Source of the DNA: Pseudomonadales bacterium
Lineage (GTDB): Bacteria; Pseudomonadota; Gammaproteobacteria; Pseudomonadales; CAWVSB01
Direction: 5' to 3'
Length of the DNA stretch: 64,000 nucleotides
Assembly: GCA_046710535.1 (NCBI GenBank)
Contig: JBKEHH010000011.1
Location: forward strand, 30,974 to 94,973
Position numbers and translations under genes: made by a program. The notes below the pieces were generated by a model, which made no database searches, was not told the origin of the DNA, and worked only from the letters and a program-made list of their open reading frames with translations. Shown piece after piece: positions 48,539 through 59,880 of the stretch (position 1 is its first letter; the number at the start of each line of letters is the position of its first letter).

Positions 48539-51124
48539 ATGAAATGTGCGTTAAAATTAGTCGTATTTTTGCTTTCATTTGCAGTGTTATCCGCCCGTGC
48601 TGATAGTTTTATCATTGCCGATATTCGCATAGAAGGTCTACAGCGCATTTCTTCCGGTAGTGTGTTTGCGGCGATGCCAATAAGTATTGGCCAAACTGTT
48701 GATCAAGGTTCTCTGCGCAACGCTGCGCGTTCGCTGTTTGCGACCGGTAATTTCGAAGATATTCAAATTGCTCGTGATGGCGATATCTTAGTGATGATAC
48801 TGACTGAGCGTCCATCTATTAGCGAAATTAATATAGAAGGCAACAAAGCGATTGAGACCGAGGCTTTATTAGAGGGGTTGAAAGGTGCTGGTTTATCCGA
48901 AGGGCAGGTATTAAAGCGCGCTACCTTGGAAGGAATGCGGATGGAGCTTCAGCGCCAATACGTATCGCAAGGCAGATATGACGCAGGCATTGAAACCGAA
49001 GTTGTTGAGCAACCCAGAAACCGAGTTGCGGTAAGTATTACTGTTGATGAGGGTAATGTCGCCAAAATTAAGCATATTAATATCGTCGGTAATCAAGTGT
49101 ATAACGACGATGTTTTGCGCGACTTGATGGAAGTTCAATCTACCGGCTGGTTGAGTTGGATTACTAGCGATGATAAATATTCACGAGAGAAATTGAAAGG
49201 AGACTTAGAAGCCGTTGAGTCCTTCTACCTTGACAGCGGTTATGCCCGCCTCAATATCGACTCTACCCAAGTGTCTATCACCCCAGATAAAAAAGCTGTT
49301 TATATAACTGTAAATTTGCTTGAAGGCGGTGTTTATACTATTACCGATGTCGAACTTTCTGGTGACTTAGTTGTGCCAGAAGAAGAGCTGATGAGGTTCG
49401 TTGTAATACAAGAAGGGCAGGCTTTTTCTCAGAGCGCATTGACGCAAACTGAAGACTACATCACTAAACGCTTGTCTAACGATGGTTATAGTTTTGCTAA
49501 AGTTTCTGCGCGGCCTGATATTTCCGATGAAGAAAATACGGTAGCGGTAAAATTCTTTATTGACCCCGGTAAGCGCACTTATGTTAATCGGATTACTTTT
49601 ACTGGTAATGCCAATACCAGTGACGAAGTACTGCGCCGTGAGTTACGTCAAATGGAAGGAGCGCCAGCGTCAAGTCTGAAAATTGATCAAGGTCAAATCC
49701 GCCTACAGCGTTTAGGCTTCTTTGCTTCCGCCAATGTAGAAACGATTCCGGTTGCTGGTGAGGATGATTTGATTGATGTTGCCTATACGGTAGAAGAACA
49801 GCCATCTGGAAGCATTAGTGCAAGTGTTGGTTTTGCACAGGAATCAGGTTTGATATTGGGTGCAAACTTGCAGCAAAATAACTTTTTGGGATCAGGTAAA
49901 CAAGTTGGTATCGGCATAAACTCAAGCCGGTTCCAAGACAGCGCCAACTTTAGCTACGTTAATCCATATTACACTGACGATGGCGTAAGCCGCGGCTTTA
50001 GCGTGTTTGCGCGGGTAACCGATTATGACGAAGCAAACGTTGCCTCGTATAGCACTAACGTAATTGGTACCAATATGAACTTTGGCTACCCGATTGCAGA
50101 AACTCAGCGCTTAGGTTTTACAATTGGCTTTCAGCATACGGAGATTGAAACCGGCAATAGCGTCGTACAAGAGATTGAAGGTAGTCCCAAACGAATTGAC
50201 GGGGTGAGTCGTTATATTGAAACTCTAGCTATAATCAGTGGCGCAGATCAAGATGTATTGGGTACTGACGAGCTTGAGTCTTTATTTGCTGAAGTTGAGC
50301 CTGGGTTTATCGATGAAAATGGCGACACGTTCGATACCTTTACGGTATCTGGTAGTTGGATACAGTCTACTTTGAACCGTGGCCAGTTAGCGACCCGCGG
50401 TACAGCGCAAAGTTTGTCACTTGAATTGTCGATTCCCGGCAGTGACTTAGAATATTTTCGCGTAACCTATACTGGACAGATTTTTGTCCCGATTAGCCGA
50501 TCTTTTACATTACGCTTTAGAGGAGAGATTGGTTACGGTGAGGGTTATGGTGAAACTACTGAATTACCGTTTTTCCAAAATTTCTATGCCGGTGGGTTTG
50601 GTTCGGTTCGTGGTTTCGAGGCCAATACACTTGGGCCGCGCAGTACACCGCCAGAAATCTATGAAGTTAGACAGATTCAAACCGGCGTTGATAGCAATGG
50701 CAGCCCGGTGTTCGAGCAAGGTAGTGGCGGTTTTGTCCGTTTTCCCGACAACTTCGCCTATATCTCTGACGGTAATGGTGGGTTGATTGCCAGCACAGGG
50801 TTTAATCAAAGAGACCCATTCGGTGGTAATTTATTAGTTGAAGGTAGCATGGAGCTATTGTTCCCGTTACCATTTGTAAAAGATCAGCGTTCATTGCGTT
50901 CGGCGTTTTTTATTGATGTCGGTAATGTGTTCGATACTACTTGTGGTGATTTGCAGGTAGCTTGCTTTAATTTTGACGCGGGCGAACTCAGATATTCTGC
51001 CGGTATTGGTGTTACTTGGATTACTGGTTTTGGGCCGCTTAGCTTCAGTTTAGCTAAGCCGCTTAATGAGGGTGACTTTGATGAAACTGAAGTATTCCAG
51101 TTCTCATTAGGACAGTTTTTCTAA
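48539..51124 (+). CDS. bamA: outer membrane protein assembly factor BamA
   Basis: 861 aa. Signal peptide, POTRA repeats, barrel with the GGFGSVRGF loop-6 motif, and a terminal aromatic residue (QFF). Confidence 0.95.
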   Translation: MKCALKLVVFLLSFAVLSARADSFIIADIRIEGLQRISSGSVFAAMPISIGQTVDQGSLRNAARSLFATGNFEDIQIARDGDILVMILTERPSISEINIEGNKAIETEALLEGLKGAGLSEGQVLKRATLEGMRMELQRQYVSQGRYDAGIETEVVEQPRNRVAVSITVDEGNVAKIKHINIVGNQVYNDDVLRDLMEVQSTGWLSWITSDDKYSREKLKGDLEAVESFYLDSGYARLNIDSTQVSITPDKKAVYITVNLLEGGVYTITDVELSGDLVVPEEELMRFVVIQEGQAFSQSALTQTEDYITKRLSNDGYSFAKVSARPDISDEENTVAVKFFIDPGKRTYVNRITFTGNANTSDEVLRRELRQMEGAPASSLKIDQGQIRLQRLGFFASANVETIPVAGEDDLIDVAYTVEEQPSGSISASVGFAQESGLILGANLQQNNFLGSGKQVGIGINSSRFQDSANFSYVNPYYTDDGVSRGFSVFARVTDYDEANVASYSTNVIGTNMNFGYPIAETQRLGFTIGFQHTEIETGNSVVQEIEGSPKRIDGVSRYIETLAIISGADQDVLGTDELESLFAEVEPGFIDENGDTFDTFTVSGSWIQSTLNRGQLATRGTAQSLSLELSIPGSDLEYFRVTYTGQIFVPISRSFTLRFRGEIGYGEGYGETTELPFFQNFYAGGFGSVRGFEANTLGPRSTPPEIYEVRQIQTGVDSNGSPVFEQGSGGFVRFPDNFAYISDGNGGLIASTGFNQRDPFGGNLLVEGSMELLFPLPFVKDQRSLRSAFFIDVGNVFDTTCGDLQVACFNFDAGELRYSAGIGVTWITGFGPLSFSLAKPLNEGDFDETEVFQFSLGQFF

Positions 51125-51168
51125 AATATATTGTTAGTATTAATTATAATTTTTAATGGAGAAAATAA

Positions 51169-51681
51169 GTGGTTAAATTAATTAAAGGTCTTTCGTTGGT
51201 TGCAGCATTTGCGTTTAGTGGTCAAGTCTTCGGTCAAGGCAGCATTGCTATTGTTGATGCACAGCGGGCAATTTTAGAGACAGATGTAGCGAAAGAAAGA
51301 TTACAAGCACTGCGTAAGGATGCCGACTATGTTGCTAGTAAAAAGCAGCTAGAAGATATTCAAAAAGAGGGTGAAGCCTTAGTCAAAAAATTACAAAAAG
51401 ACGCCGCTGTAATGTCTGCTGAGCAAAAAGCTGAGCAACAGAAAAAACTACAGGAAAAACAAGCTGACTTGCAACATATTGCAGGAAAACTACAAAAGGC
51501 TGAGCAAGAGCTAGCACGTGGTTTGATGGCTGAGTTGGGCGGTAAAGCTAAAGTAGTTATTTCAGATGTAATTAAAGCAGATGGCATTGGCTTATTGTTA
51601 GACTCTCAAACAGCAATTCATGCCGATGCGGGTTATGATATTACGGCTAAAGTGACTCAGCGTTTAAACGAGAATAAGTAA
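51169..51681 (+). CDS. skp: periplasmic chaperone Skp (OmpH)
   Basis: 170 aa. Signal peptide and a Lys/Gln/Glu-rich coiled coil. Conserved position between bamA and lpxD. Confidence 0.85.
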   Translation: MVKLIKGLSLVAAFAFSGQVFGQGSIAIVDAQRAILETDVAKERLQALRKDADYVASKKQLEDIQKEGEALVKKLQKDAAVMSAEQKAEQQKKLQEKQADLQHIAGKLQKAEQELARGLMAELGGKAKVVISDVIKADGIGLLLDSQTAIHADAGYDITAKVTQRLNENK

Positions 51682-51702
51682 TTATCTGAAGGTCTGCCCT
51701 CT

Positions 51703-52731
51703 ATGCCCAAGTTTACGCTGTCAGAGTTAGCGGCAACGCTTGGTTGTGAAATTGAGGGCAATGGTGATACGGTTATAACTAGTCTTGGCACGGTAGAAAA
51801 TGCCAAGGCTGGCCAAATTTGTTTTATTGCGAATAAGCAGTATGTTAAATATTTAGCGACTACTTCTGCCTGTGCTGCAATTGTCTCCCCTCAACTACTA
51901 GAGCAATGCAGGGTTCCCGCTTTAATTACCAGCGATCCTTATGGTACTTATGCCAAATTGTCATTATTGTTTGACGATGCGCCTCAATTAATCAGCGGAA
52001 TAAGCCCACAGGCAACGATTAGTGCCAGTGCAAGCGTTGATGAATCGGCATCAGTGGCTGCCAATGCGGTAATTGAGTCAGGCGCTGTGATTGGGCCAGG
52101 AGTTGTTATTAGTGCGGGTTGTTATATCGGTGAAAACTCTACCGTCGCCAGCAATAGCAAGTTATTTCCTAATGTTAGCGTTTATCACAATGTCAGAATA
52201 GGCAGTGACTGCTTGCTGCATAGTGGTGTGGTTGTTGGTGCAGACGGTTTTGGTTTTGCTCCTACCGCAAGTGGTTGGCAGCGTTTTGCCCAAGTTGGCT
52301 CAGTGGTAATTGGTGATCGCGTATCCATAGGTGCAAATACGACTGTCGATCGCGGCGCAATTGAAGATACAGTGATTGGTAACGATGTTATTATTGATAA
52401 CCAAGTTCAAATCGGCCATAACGTCATTATTGGTGATAAAACCGCTATCGCTGGCGCGAGTGCCATCGCCGGCAGTACAAAAATTGGTCAGCGCTGTGTT
52501 ATTGCTGGTGGAGTTGGTATTGTTGGCCATATTGAAATAGTCGATGAAGTGACAATAACCGCCAGAACATTAGTGACTAAAAGTATTACTGAAAAAGGCT
52601 CATACTCTTCCGGTACGCCAATGATGCCGACTAGAGATTGGCGTAAAGCGGCTAGCGTGTTTAAACGGTTGCGATCGTTGCTGTCCAGAGTTGATGCCTT
52701 GGAAAAGAAAGACAAGAGAGAAAAGTCATAA
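51703..52731 (+). CDS. lpxD: UDP-3-O-(3-hydroxyacyl)glucosamine N-acyltransferase
   Basis: 342 aa. N-terminus FTLSELA, followed by a long hexapeptide-repeat beta-helix. Confidence 0.93.
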   Translation: MPKFTLSELAATLGCEIEGNGDTVITSLGTVENAKAGQICFIANKQYVKYLATTSACAAIVSPQLLEQCRVPALITSDPYGTYAKLSLLFDDAPQLISGISPQATISASASVDESASVAANAVIESGAVIGPGVVISAGCYIGENSTVASNSKLFPNVSVYHNVRIGSDCLLHSGVVVGADGFGFAPTASGWQRFAQVGSVVIGDRVSIGANTTVDRGAIEDTVIGNDVIIDNQVQIGHNVIIGDKTAIAGASAIAGSTKIGQRCVIAGGVGIVGHIEIVDEVTITARTLVTKSITEKGSYSSGTPMMPTRDWRKAASVFKRLRSLLSRVDALEKKDKREKS

Positions 52732-53505
52732 ATGAGTATCCATCCTACCGCCATAATAGATCCCACCGCTTCCATTGATGATTCTGCAGAGATCGGCCCC
52801 TACAGCATAGTCGGAGCCCATGTGGTGATTGGAGCGAATAGTGTTATTGGTCCTCATGTGGTTCTTAAAGGCCCCACAGTTATTGGCCGTAACAATAAAA
52901 TTTTTCAGTTTTCGACTATTGGTGAAGATACACCTGATTTAAAATATAAAGGCGAAGCAACGCGCTTAGTGATTGGCGACAATAATGTCATTCGTGAGGG
53001 CGTTACAATTCATCGCGGCACTATCCAAGATCGTAGTGAGACGACTATCGGGAATGATAATTTGATTATGGCCTATGTGCATATTGGTCATGACAGTGTT
53101 GTTGGTAGCAATATAATCTTAGTTAACAATGTCGCACTTGCTGGCCATGTTGTGGTTGGTGATTGGGCTATTATTAGCGGTTACTCGCTGATTCATCAGT
53201 TTTGTGTGATTGGCAGCCATAGCTTTGTTGGTATGGGCAGCGGGGTAAAACATGATGTGGCAGCATATTGCACCGTAGTAGGTTTTCCCGCTGAGATCAA
53301 AGGCCTAAATAGTGAAGGTCTTAAGCGTCGTGGTTTTAGTAAAGAAGCGATGGCGAGTATAAAAAAAGCTTATCGGATTGTATTCCGTAGTGGTTTGCTG
53401 GTCGATGAAGCTGTAGAGCGCTTGGTGCCACTGGTTGAAGAGTGCGAAGAAGTAAAACTATTTGCTGACTCGGTTATTAACTCTAAGCGCGGCTTGGTCC
53501 GCTAA
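52732..53505 (+). CDS. lpxA: acyl-ACP--UDP-N-acetylglucosamine O-acyltransferase
   Basis: MSIHPTAIIDPTA N-terminus and hexapeptide repeats. 257 aa. The ATG directly abuts the lpxD stop. Confidence 0.93.
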   Translation: MSIHPTAIIDPTASIDDSAEIGPYSIVGAHVVIGANSVIGPHVVLKGPTVIGRNNKIFQFSTIGEDTPDLKYKGEATRLVIGDNNVIREGVTIHRGTIQDRSETTIGNDNLIMAYVHIGHDSVVGSNIILVNNVALAGHVVVGDWAIISGYSLIHQFCVIGSHSFVGMGSGVKHDVAAYCTVVGFPAEIKGLNSEGLKRRGFSKEAMASIKKAYRIVFRSGLLVDEAVERLVPLVEECEEVKLFADSVINSKRGLVR

Positions 53506-53510
53506 AGCGG

Positions 53511-54710
53511 ATGAGCAACGATAAGCAGCTCGAAACTCCCTTAAGAATAGGTATATTGGCCGGCGAAGCTTCGGGTGATCAGCTAGGTGGCGCGCTGATG
53601 GCTGAAATTTTAGCGCTAAATCCAAAGGTGATATTTGAAGGCATCGGTGGACCGTTAATGATAGTCCAAGGTCTAGATTCGATGGTTGAAATGGATAGGC
53701 TTTCAGTAATGGGGTTAATTGAACCACTGAAACGATTGTTCGAACTATTAGCCATTCGTAAACGAGTAAAGCAGCACTTTACAGCTAATCCGCCCGACTT
53801 ATTTGTCGGTATCGACTCTCCTGATTTTACCTTGAATATCGAATTAGCGTTGCGTGAGCAAGGGATAACAACGGCTCATTATGTAAGTCCATCGGTATGG
53901 GCATGGCGGCAAGGTAGAGTTAAAAAAATTCGTCGCGGCGTTGATATGATGTTGACGCTATTCCCATTTGAAGCCAAATTTTATCGTGAAAATGATGTGC
54001 CGGTGGCATTTGTTGGCCATCCCTTGGCGGCACGCTTCCCTATGGTTTCTGATCAGGCGCAAGTGCGGCCTAAGTTTGCCATCAGCGCAGATGCACAATT
54101 ATTGACTCTGATGCCGGGTTCTCGAAAAGGAGAAGTCGAGTTGATGTTGCCAGTGTTTTTAGCGGTGGCAGAAAAACTTAAGCAAGAAATTCCAGAGTTG
54201 ATCTTTCGTATCCCTGCAGCTAATAAATTACGTCATATTCAAATTCAAGATTTGATTGATGAGGCTGCTAGATTAATGCCAAGCCTTGCTAATAGTTTGC
54301 AAGTCACTATTGGCCAATCTCATGACCTAATGCAGGCGGCAGATGCCGTATTGATGACATCTGGTACTGCTACTTTAGAGGCTATGTTACTGAAGCGTCC
54401 TATGGTTGTTGCATACAAAATGGGTAATTGGCCTTATAGAATATTGTCGCGCATTGTTAAAACGCCGTTTATAGCGCTGCCTAATTTATTAGCCAATAAA
54501 AAACTGGTGCCTGAACTGATTCAACATGAAGTGAGTGTTGAGGCTATTGTGGATGAATTGCGTCCACTGCTTAACAGCGGCGATAAAAAAGCTCATCTTA
54601 TTGCAGAGTTTGACGCTATTCATCGCCAACTAGCCGGTGATAATGTTGAGTCAGCGGCACAGATATTATTAAGCTTGATCGATACTAAGCGAGAAGCCAA
54701 TGGCAGATGA
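53511..54710 (+). CDS. lpxB: lipid-A-disaccharide synthase
   Basis: [11 protein letters not shown]-terminal motif, [16 protein letters not shown]. Confidence 0.93.
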   Translation: MSNDKQLETPLRIGILAGEASGDQLGGALMAEILALNPKVIFEGIGGPLMIVQGLDSMVEMDRLSVMGLIEPLKRLFELLAIRKRVKQHFTANPPDLFVGIDSPDFTLNIELALREQGITTAHYVSPSVWAWRQGRVKKIRRGVDMMLTLFPFEAKFYRENDVPVAFVGHPLAARFPMVSDQAQVRPKFAISADAQLLTLMPGSRKGEVELMLPVFLAVAEKLKQEIPELIFRIPAANKLRHIQIQDLIDEAARLMPSLANSLQVTIGQSHDLMQAADAVLMTSGTATLEAMLLKRPMVVAYKMGNWPYRILSRIVKTPFIALPNLLANKKLVPELIQHEVSVEAIVDELRPLLNSGDKKAHLIAEFDAIHRQLAGDNVESAAQILLSLIDTKREANGR

Positions 54711-55311
54711 TTGGTTTGTCGACCAAGCTCGCGGCTTATTGGCAGCGGGGGTCGATGAAGTTGGGCGAGGCCCATTGGTTGGTGATGTTGTTGCGGGTGC
54801 TGTAATTTTAGATCCGAATAACCCAATTGAAGGTTTGGCAGATTCTAAAAAGCTCAGCGAGAAGCGCAGAGAAGCCTTATATACTGAGATAGTCGAAAAA
54901 GCGCTGGCGTGGGGTATAGGCCGAGCAAGCCCAGCAGAGATAGATGAGATTAATATATTACAGGCCAGTATGCTGGCCATGACCCGAGCTGTGCAGGCGC
55001 TGCAGGTACAGCCTGAATTTGTTTGGGTTGATGGTAATCGCTGCCCTAAATGGTCTTATGCCAGTGAGGCGGTGGTAAAAGGTGACTCAAAGGTGGCTGA
55101 GATTTCAGCTGGGTCGATTATCGCGAAAGTGACAAGAGATCGGGAGATGGTTGCGCTACACTTGCAGCATCCAGAATACGGGTTTGACAGTCATAAAGGC
55201 TACCCGACGACTAAACATATGAAGGCATTGGACGATTATGGCGTACTAGTACAGCATCGCCGCTCATTTAATCCAGTGAGGAAAATAATAGAGCAACGCT
55301 CCAGTTTTTGA
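54700..55311 (+). CDS. rnhB: ribonuclease HII
   Basis: [25 protein letters not shown] motifs. Confidence 0.93.
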   Translation: MADDWFVDQARGLLAAGVDEVGRGPLVGDVVAGAVILDPNNPIEGLADSKKLSEKRREALYTEIVEKALAWGIGRASPAEIDEINILQASMLAMTRAVQALQVQPEFVWVDGNRCPKWSYASEAVVKGDSKVAEISAGSIIAKVTRDREMVALHLQHPEYGFDSHKGYPTTKHMKALDDYGVLVQHRRSFNPVRKIIEQRSSF

Positions 55312-55318
55312 GACCTAA

Positions 55319-58300
55319 ATGACGACACCTTTTGTACATTTAAAAATTCATAGTGAATATTCCATAGTTGATGGTTTGGTCCGGATAAAGCCGCTGATTA
55401 AAAAAATTGGCGAGCTGAATATGCCAGCGGTTGCACTAACCGATGTGTGTAATTTTTATGGTTTAGTGAAATTCTATAAGGCAGCACGTGGTGCTGGTAT
55501 AAAGCCAATTCTCGGCAGTGACTTTATTGTTAATGATATTGAAAATGAGTCTACTACTACCATTACTTTGTTGGCGCAGACTGAAGAAGGTTACCGTAAT
55601 TTACGAGTGTTAATTTCCAAGGCCTATCAAGAAGGCCAAGCGTTTGGCGAAGCGCGAGTTGAACGGCAGTGGATTGCGGAGTGTGCAGGTGGAATTATTG
55701 CACTGTCGGGAGCAAAGACTGGTGATATTGGGCAAGCCTTATTAAACGACAGAGAGAAAGACGCTGAAGCATTTTTACAGTACTGGTTACAAATGTTTGG
55801 CGATCGTTTTTATATCGAATTACAACGTACTGGCCGCGCCCAAGATGAAAGTTATCTGCATAAAGCAGTAGCGTTGGCAGCGAAGTTTAGCTGCCCCGTA
55901 GTCGCCACTAATGATGTCAGATTTATTGATGGCGAAGAGTTTGATGCACATGAAGCAAGAGTTTGTATTAATGATCAGCGTACTCTAGACGATAGCCGGC
56001 GCCCGCGTCGTTATAGCGAAGAGCAGTATCTGCGCACGGCAGAGGAGATGGTTGAACTTTTTTCAGATATTCCAGAAGCCATTGAAAATACGGTTCAAAT
56101 TGCGCGGCGCTGTAATGTTGAGATAGAAATTGGTACTTATTACTTGCCAGAGCTCCCAGTGCCAGAAGGCTTAACTTTAGACGAGTTTTTTACCAAAATA
56201 TCGCATGAAGGATTAACGGATCGACTTAATTTTTTGTATGATACCAGCCGTGATGACTTTCCCGAGATAGAAAAAAAATACCGTGACCGATTAGATTTTG
56301 AGCTAAATGTAATTATTCAAATGGGCTTCCCCGGTTATTTTCTAATTGTGATGGATTTCATTAAATGGGGTAAAGACAATGGTGTGCCAGTGGGGCCTGG
56401 TCGTGGTTCGGGTGCCGGCTCCTTAGTTGCCTATGCACTGCTAATTACTGATCTTGATCCATTGGAATATGATTTACTGTTTGAGCGATTTTTAAATCCC
56501 GAACGAGTATCAATGCCTGACTTCGATGTTGATTTTTGTATGGAAGGGCGTGATCGCGTAATTAATTACGTGGCCGATCAATACGGCAGAGATGCGGTCA
56601 GTCAGATTATTACTTTTGGCACTATGGCTGCTAAGGCGGTAGTGCGTGATGTCGCTAGGGTTCAAAGTAAGCCCTATGGCTTGGCTGACAAATTATCCAA
56701 ACTGATTCCGTTTGAAGTTGGCATGACTTTAGACAAAGCGTATGAGCAAGAAGAAATTTTACGGGAATTTTTAGCAGGTGATTCTGCTGGCCAAGAAATT
56801 TGGGATATGGCACTACAACTTGAGGGGATAACTCGTGGCGTTGGTAAACATGCCGGGGGCGTTGTTATTGCGCCGACTAAGCTAACTGACTTTTCACCAT
56901 TATACTGTGATGAAACAGGCCAGGGGCTGGTAACTCAGTACGATAAAAAAGACGTTGAAGAAGTTGGTTTAGTGAAGTTCGACTTCTTGGGTTTAAGAAC
57001 CTTAACCATTATCGATTGGGCGATTAAGACTATTAATCGGCAAGCAAATGATGGTAGCGCGCTTGATATTATGTCGATTCCGCTAAACGACAGAGCTACT
57101 TTTGATTTACTTCAGCGCGCCGATACTACCGCAGTGTTCCAGTTGGAATCACGTGGTATGAAAGACTTGATTAAACGCCTATTACCTAATCGCTTTGAAG
57201 ATATTATCGCCTTGGTAGCATTGTTCAGGCCGGGCCCACTGCAGTCGGGCATGGTCGACGATTTTATTAATCGTAAGCACGGCCGCGCGGAGGTGGCATA
57301 CCCACATAGTCAATATCAGCATGAAGATTTGATTCCAGTACTTGAGCCTACCTATGGCATTATTTTGTATCAAGAGCAGGTTATGCAGATTGCTCAGATA
57401 TTGGGTAACTTCTCGCTCGGTGGCGCTGATTTATTGCGTCGAGCGATGGGTAAAAAAGACCTTGATGAAATGGCACGACAGCGTGCTGCGTTTGTTGATG
57501 GTGCGACCAGCAGAGATGTTGGCGAAGATCTTGCTAGTAATATTTTTGACTTAATGGAAAAGTTTGCCGGCTATGGATTTAATAAATCTCACTCGGCGGC
57601 TTATGCGCTAGTCTCTTATCAGACTGCATGGTTGAAGGTTCATTATCCTGCGCCGTTTATGGCTGCGGTAATGTCATCGGATATGCAAAATACCGACAAA
57701 GTTGTGACCTTTATCGAAGAATGCCGGGCGATGAAATTAAAACTATTATTGCCTGATGTAAATTCAAGTGAATTTCAATTTACGGTTACTGATGATGGCG
57801 CAGTGGTTTATGGCCTAGGCGCAATTAAGGGCTTAGGAGAAGGGCCGGTAGAAAGTATTGTAAGCGCTAGAAAAGATGGTCCATTTACAGATTTGTTCGA
57901 TTTTTGTGATCGCACAGACCCGCGAACAGTTAATAAACGAGCCTTAGAAGCGCTGGTATTATCGGGCGCTTTTGATGCTTTAGGTATTGATCGAGCGGTG
58001 TTAATGGCGGCACTGCCTGATGCGGTAAAAGCTGCTGAGCAGTCTAGTCAAAATGCGCAGGCTGGGATGATTGATTTGTTCTCTATGGGCAATGATAGCA
58101 AGGTTGATTTGGGCGATGTGTATGGAAATTTTATTAATACGGCTAAGTGGTCAGGCAAAGTACGACTAGAGGGTGAGAAAGACACCCTAGGTTTATATGT
58201 CACTGGTCATCCCATAGATGATTATGAGCATGAGCTGAAGTATTTGGTGGCTAACCGCATTGTTAATTTACGCGCCGAAAAGCATCCGCAGTTAGTTGCG

Positions 58301-58810
58301 GGGCTGATAGTTGATTTACGGGTAATGAAATCGAAAACTGGTAACAATATGGCGTTTGCTACCCTTGACGATAGAACTAGTCGTATAGAAGTCGGGTTCT
58401 TTGGTGCCGCTTTTGAGCAATGTCGCGAAATGTTGATTAAAGACAAGATCGTCGTGGTGCAGGGTAAGGTAGCTATTGATGACTACAATGGCTCTGGGGC
58501 GTTAAAAGTACAAGCCGACAGCGTGATGACCTTAGATCAAGCAAGGCAACGAAAAGCGGGAGCTTTGGTCTTAAAGCTGAACAGTATTAGTTTCCCTCGG
58601 CAATTACATTCTGTATTGCTGCCTCTTGTTAGTCAGGATGTAGATCAAAGTTGCCCAGTAATTATTGAATATACTGGGGCTGAGGCGCGCGGCCGGGTCC
58701 AGTTGTCAGATCAATGGCGGGTGTTTCCTGGTGAGGAACTGATTGAGCAGCTGCAAAAACAATTTGGCCTTGACCAAGTAGTTGTTGAATATGGCAACAG
58801 TAGCGCCTAA
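55319..58810 (+). CDS. dnaE: DNA polymerase III subunit alpha
   Basis: 1163 aa. PHP N-terminus FVHLKIHSEYS, GPGRGSGAGSLVAY, DFDVDF, and a C-terminal OB fold. Confidence 0.97.
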   Translation: MTTPFVHLKIHSEYSIVDGLVRIKPLIKKIGELNMPAVALTDVCNFYGLVKFYKAARGAGIKPILGSDFIVNDIENESTTTITLLAQTEEGYRNLRVLISKAYQEGQAFGEARVERQWIAECAGGIIALSGAKTGDIGQALLNDREKDAEAFLQYWLQMFGDRFYIELQRTGRAQDESYLHKAVALAAKFSCPVVATNDVRFIDGEEFDAHEARVCINDQRTLDDSRRPRRYSEEQYLRTAEEMVELFSDIPEAIENTVQIARRCNVEIEIGTYYLPELPVPEGLTLDEFFTKISHEGLTDRLNFLYDTSRDDFPEIEKKYRDRLDFELNVIIQMGFPGYFLIVMDFIKWGKDNGVPVGPGRGSGAGSLVAYALLITDLDPLEYDLLFERFLNPERVSMPDFDVDFCMEGRDRVINYVADQYGRDAVSQIITFGTMAAKAVVRDVARVQSKPYGLADKLSKLIPFEVGMTLDKAYEQEEILREFLAGDSAGQEIWDMALQLEGITRGVGKHAGGVVIAPTKLTDFSPLYCDETGQGLVTQYDKKDVEEVGLVKFDFLGLRTLTIIDWAIKTINRQANDGSALDIMSIPLNDRATFDLLQRADTTAVFQLESRGMKDLIKRLLPNRFEDIIALVALFRPGPLQSGMVDDFINRKHGRAEVAYPHSQYQHEDLIPVLEPTYGIILYQEQVMQIAQILGNFSLGGADLLRRAMGKKDLDEMARQRAAFVDGATSRDVGEDLASNIFDLMEKFAGYGFNKSHSAAYALVSYQTAWLKVHYPAPFMAAVMSSDMQNTDKVVTFIEECRAMKLKLLLPDVNSSEFQFTVTDDGAVVYGLGAIKGLGEGPVESIVSARKDGPFTDLFDFCDRTDPRTVNKRALEALVLSGAFDALGIDRAVLMAALPDAVKAAEQSSQNAQAGMIDLFSMGNDSKVDLGDVYGNFINTAKWSGKVRLEGEKDTLGLYVTGHPIDDYEHELKYLVANRIVNLRAEKHPQLVAGLIVDLRVMKSKTGNNMAFATLDDRTSRIEVGFFGAAFEQCREMLIKDKIVVVQGKVAIDDYNGSGALKVQADSVMTLDQARQRKAGALVLKLNSISFPRQLHSVLLPLVSQDVDQSCPVIIEYTGAEARGRVQLSDQWRVFPGEELIEQLQKQFGLDQVVVEYGNSSA

Positions 58811-58910
58811 TTAGTCAATCTAAATACGCGCTTTTTTTTCTACAAATTGTTATAGTGCCGCCATCTATTATTGAAGTCAGGCAAAACACTGAAAGGTATA
58901 ATTACTTAGC

Positions 58911-59861
58911 ATGAATCCTAATTATCTTGATTTTGAACAACCTATTGCAAGGCTCGAAGAGAAAATCGAAGAGCTAAGCTTGGTCGGTACAGATAACGAT
59001 ATAAATATTGCTGAAGAAATAAAAACGCTTAAAGAAAAAAGTAACAAGCTGACTGCCAAAATTTATACCAATCTTTCTCCTTGGGATATCGTCAAGGTTG
59101 CCAGACACCCCCTGCGCCCCTACACGTCAGATTACATTAGCCGTATTTTCACTGATTTTGAAGAGTTACATGGTGATCGCTTGTATGGCGACGATAGTGC
59201 AATTATTGCTGGTGTAGCTCGTCTTGAGGGTGAGCCTTGTGTGGTTATCGGGCAAGAAAAAGGTCGCGGTGTTAAGGAAAAAGTTAAACGGAATTTTGGT
59301 ATGCCAAAGCCAGAAGGCTATCGCAAAGCAATGCGCTTAATGCAAATGGCAGAGCGATTTAAGCTGCCGGTATTCACCTTGATAGATACGCCAGGGGCTT
59401 ATCCTGGAATCGATTCTGAAGAGCGTGGCATTAGCGAAGCAATTGCTCGAAACTTAGCTGTTATGTCACATTTGAAAACACCGATTATATGTACAGTCAT
59501 TGGTGAAGGCAGCTCTGGCGGTGCACTTGGTATTGGTGTCGGTGATCATTTAGCGATGCTGCAGTACGCAACCTATTTCGTTATTTCGCCTGAAGGTTGT
59601 GCCAACATTATTTGGAAGACATCTGATAAGGCACCAGAAGCGGCTGCAGCAATGGGTGTTACTTCTAGTGAACTACAAAAGCTCGGTATTGTTGATGCGA
59701 CTATTGAAGAGCCTAGGGGTGGTGCTCACCGGGATATGGATAGGGCGGCGCAAAGTATCAAATCACATTTAGTTGCCCAATTAAAGCAGATCAAAGAGTT
59801 GCCGATTGATGAGTTACTTGATCGTCGTTATCAACGCCTAATGTCTTACGGTAACGACTAA
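58911..59861 (+). CDS. accA: acetyl-CoA carboxylase carboxyltransferase subunit alpha
   Basis: [18 protein letters not shown]-terminus, [18 protein letters not shown]. Confidence 0.95.
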   Translation: MNPNYLDFEQPIARLEEKIEELSLVGTDNDINIAEEIKTLKEKSNKLTAKIYTNLSPWDIVKVARHPLRPYTSDYISRIFTDFEELHGDRLYGDDSAIIAGVARLEGEPCVVIGQEKGRGVKEKVKRNFGMPKPEGYRKAMRLMQMAERFKLPVFTLIDTPGAYPGIDSEERGISEAIARNLAVMSHLKTPIICTVIGEGSSGGALGIGVGDHLAMLQYATYFVISPEGCANIIWKTSDKAPEAAAAMGVTSSELQKLGIVDATIEEPRGGAHRDMDRAAQSIKSHLVAQLKQIKELPIDELLDRRYQRLMSYGND

Positions 59862-59880
59862 GGCTATAGCTGCTTGTCTC

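Noticed and set aside
48539-51124. BamA is about 50 aa longer than the E. coli protein, with long insertions in barrel loops.
   Set aside because: Extracellular-loop length variation is common in BamA orthologues. POTRA count, the VRGF motif and the C-terminal signature are normal.
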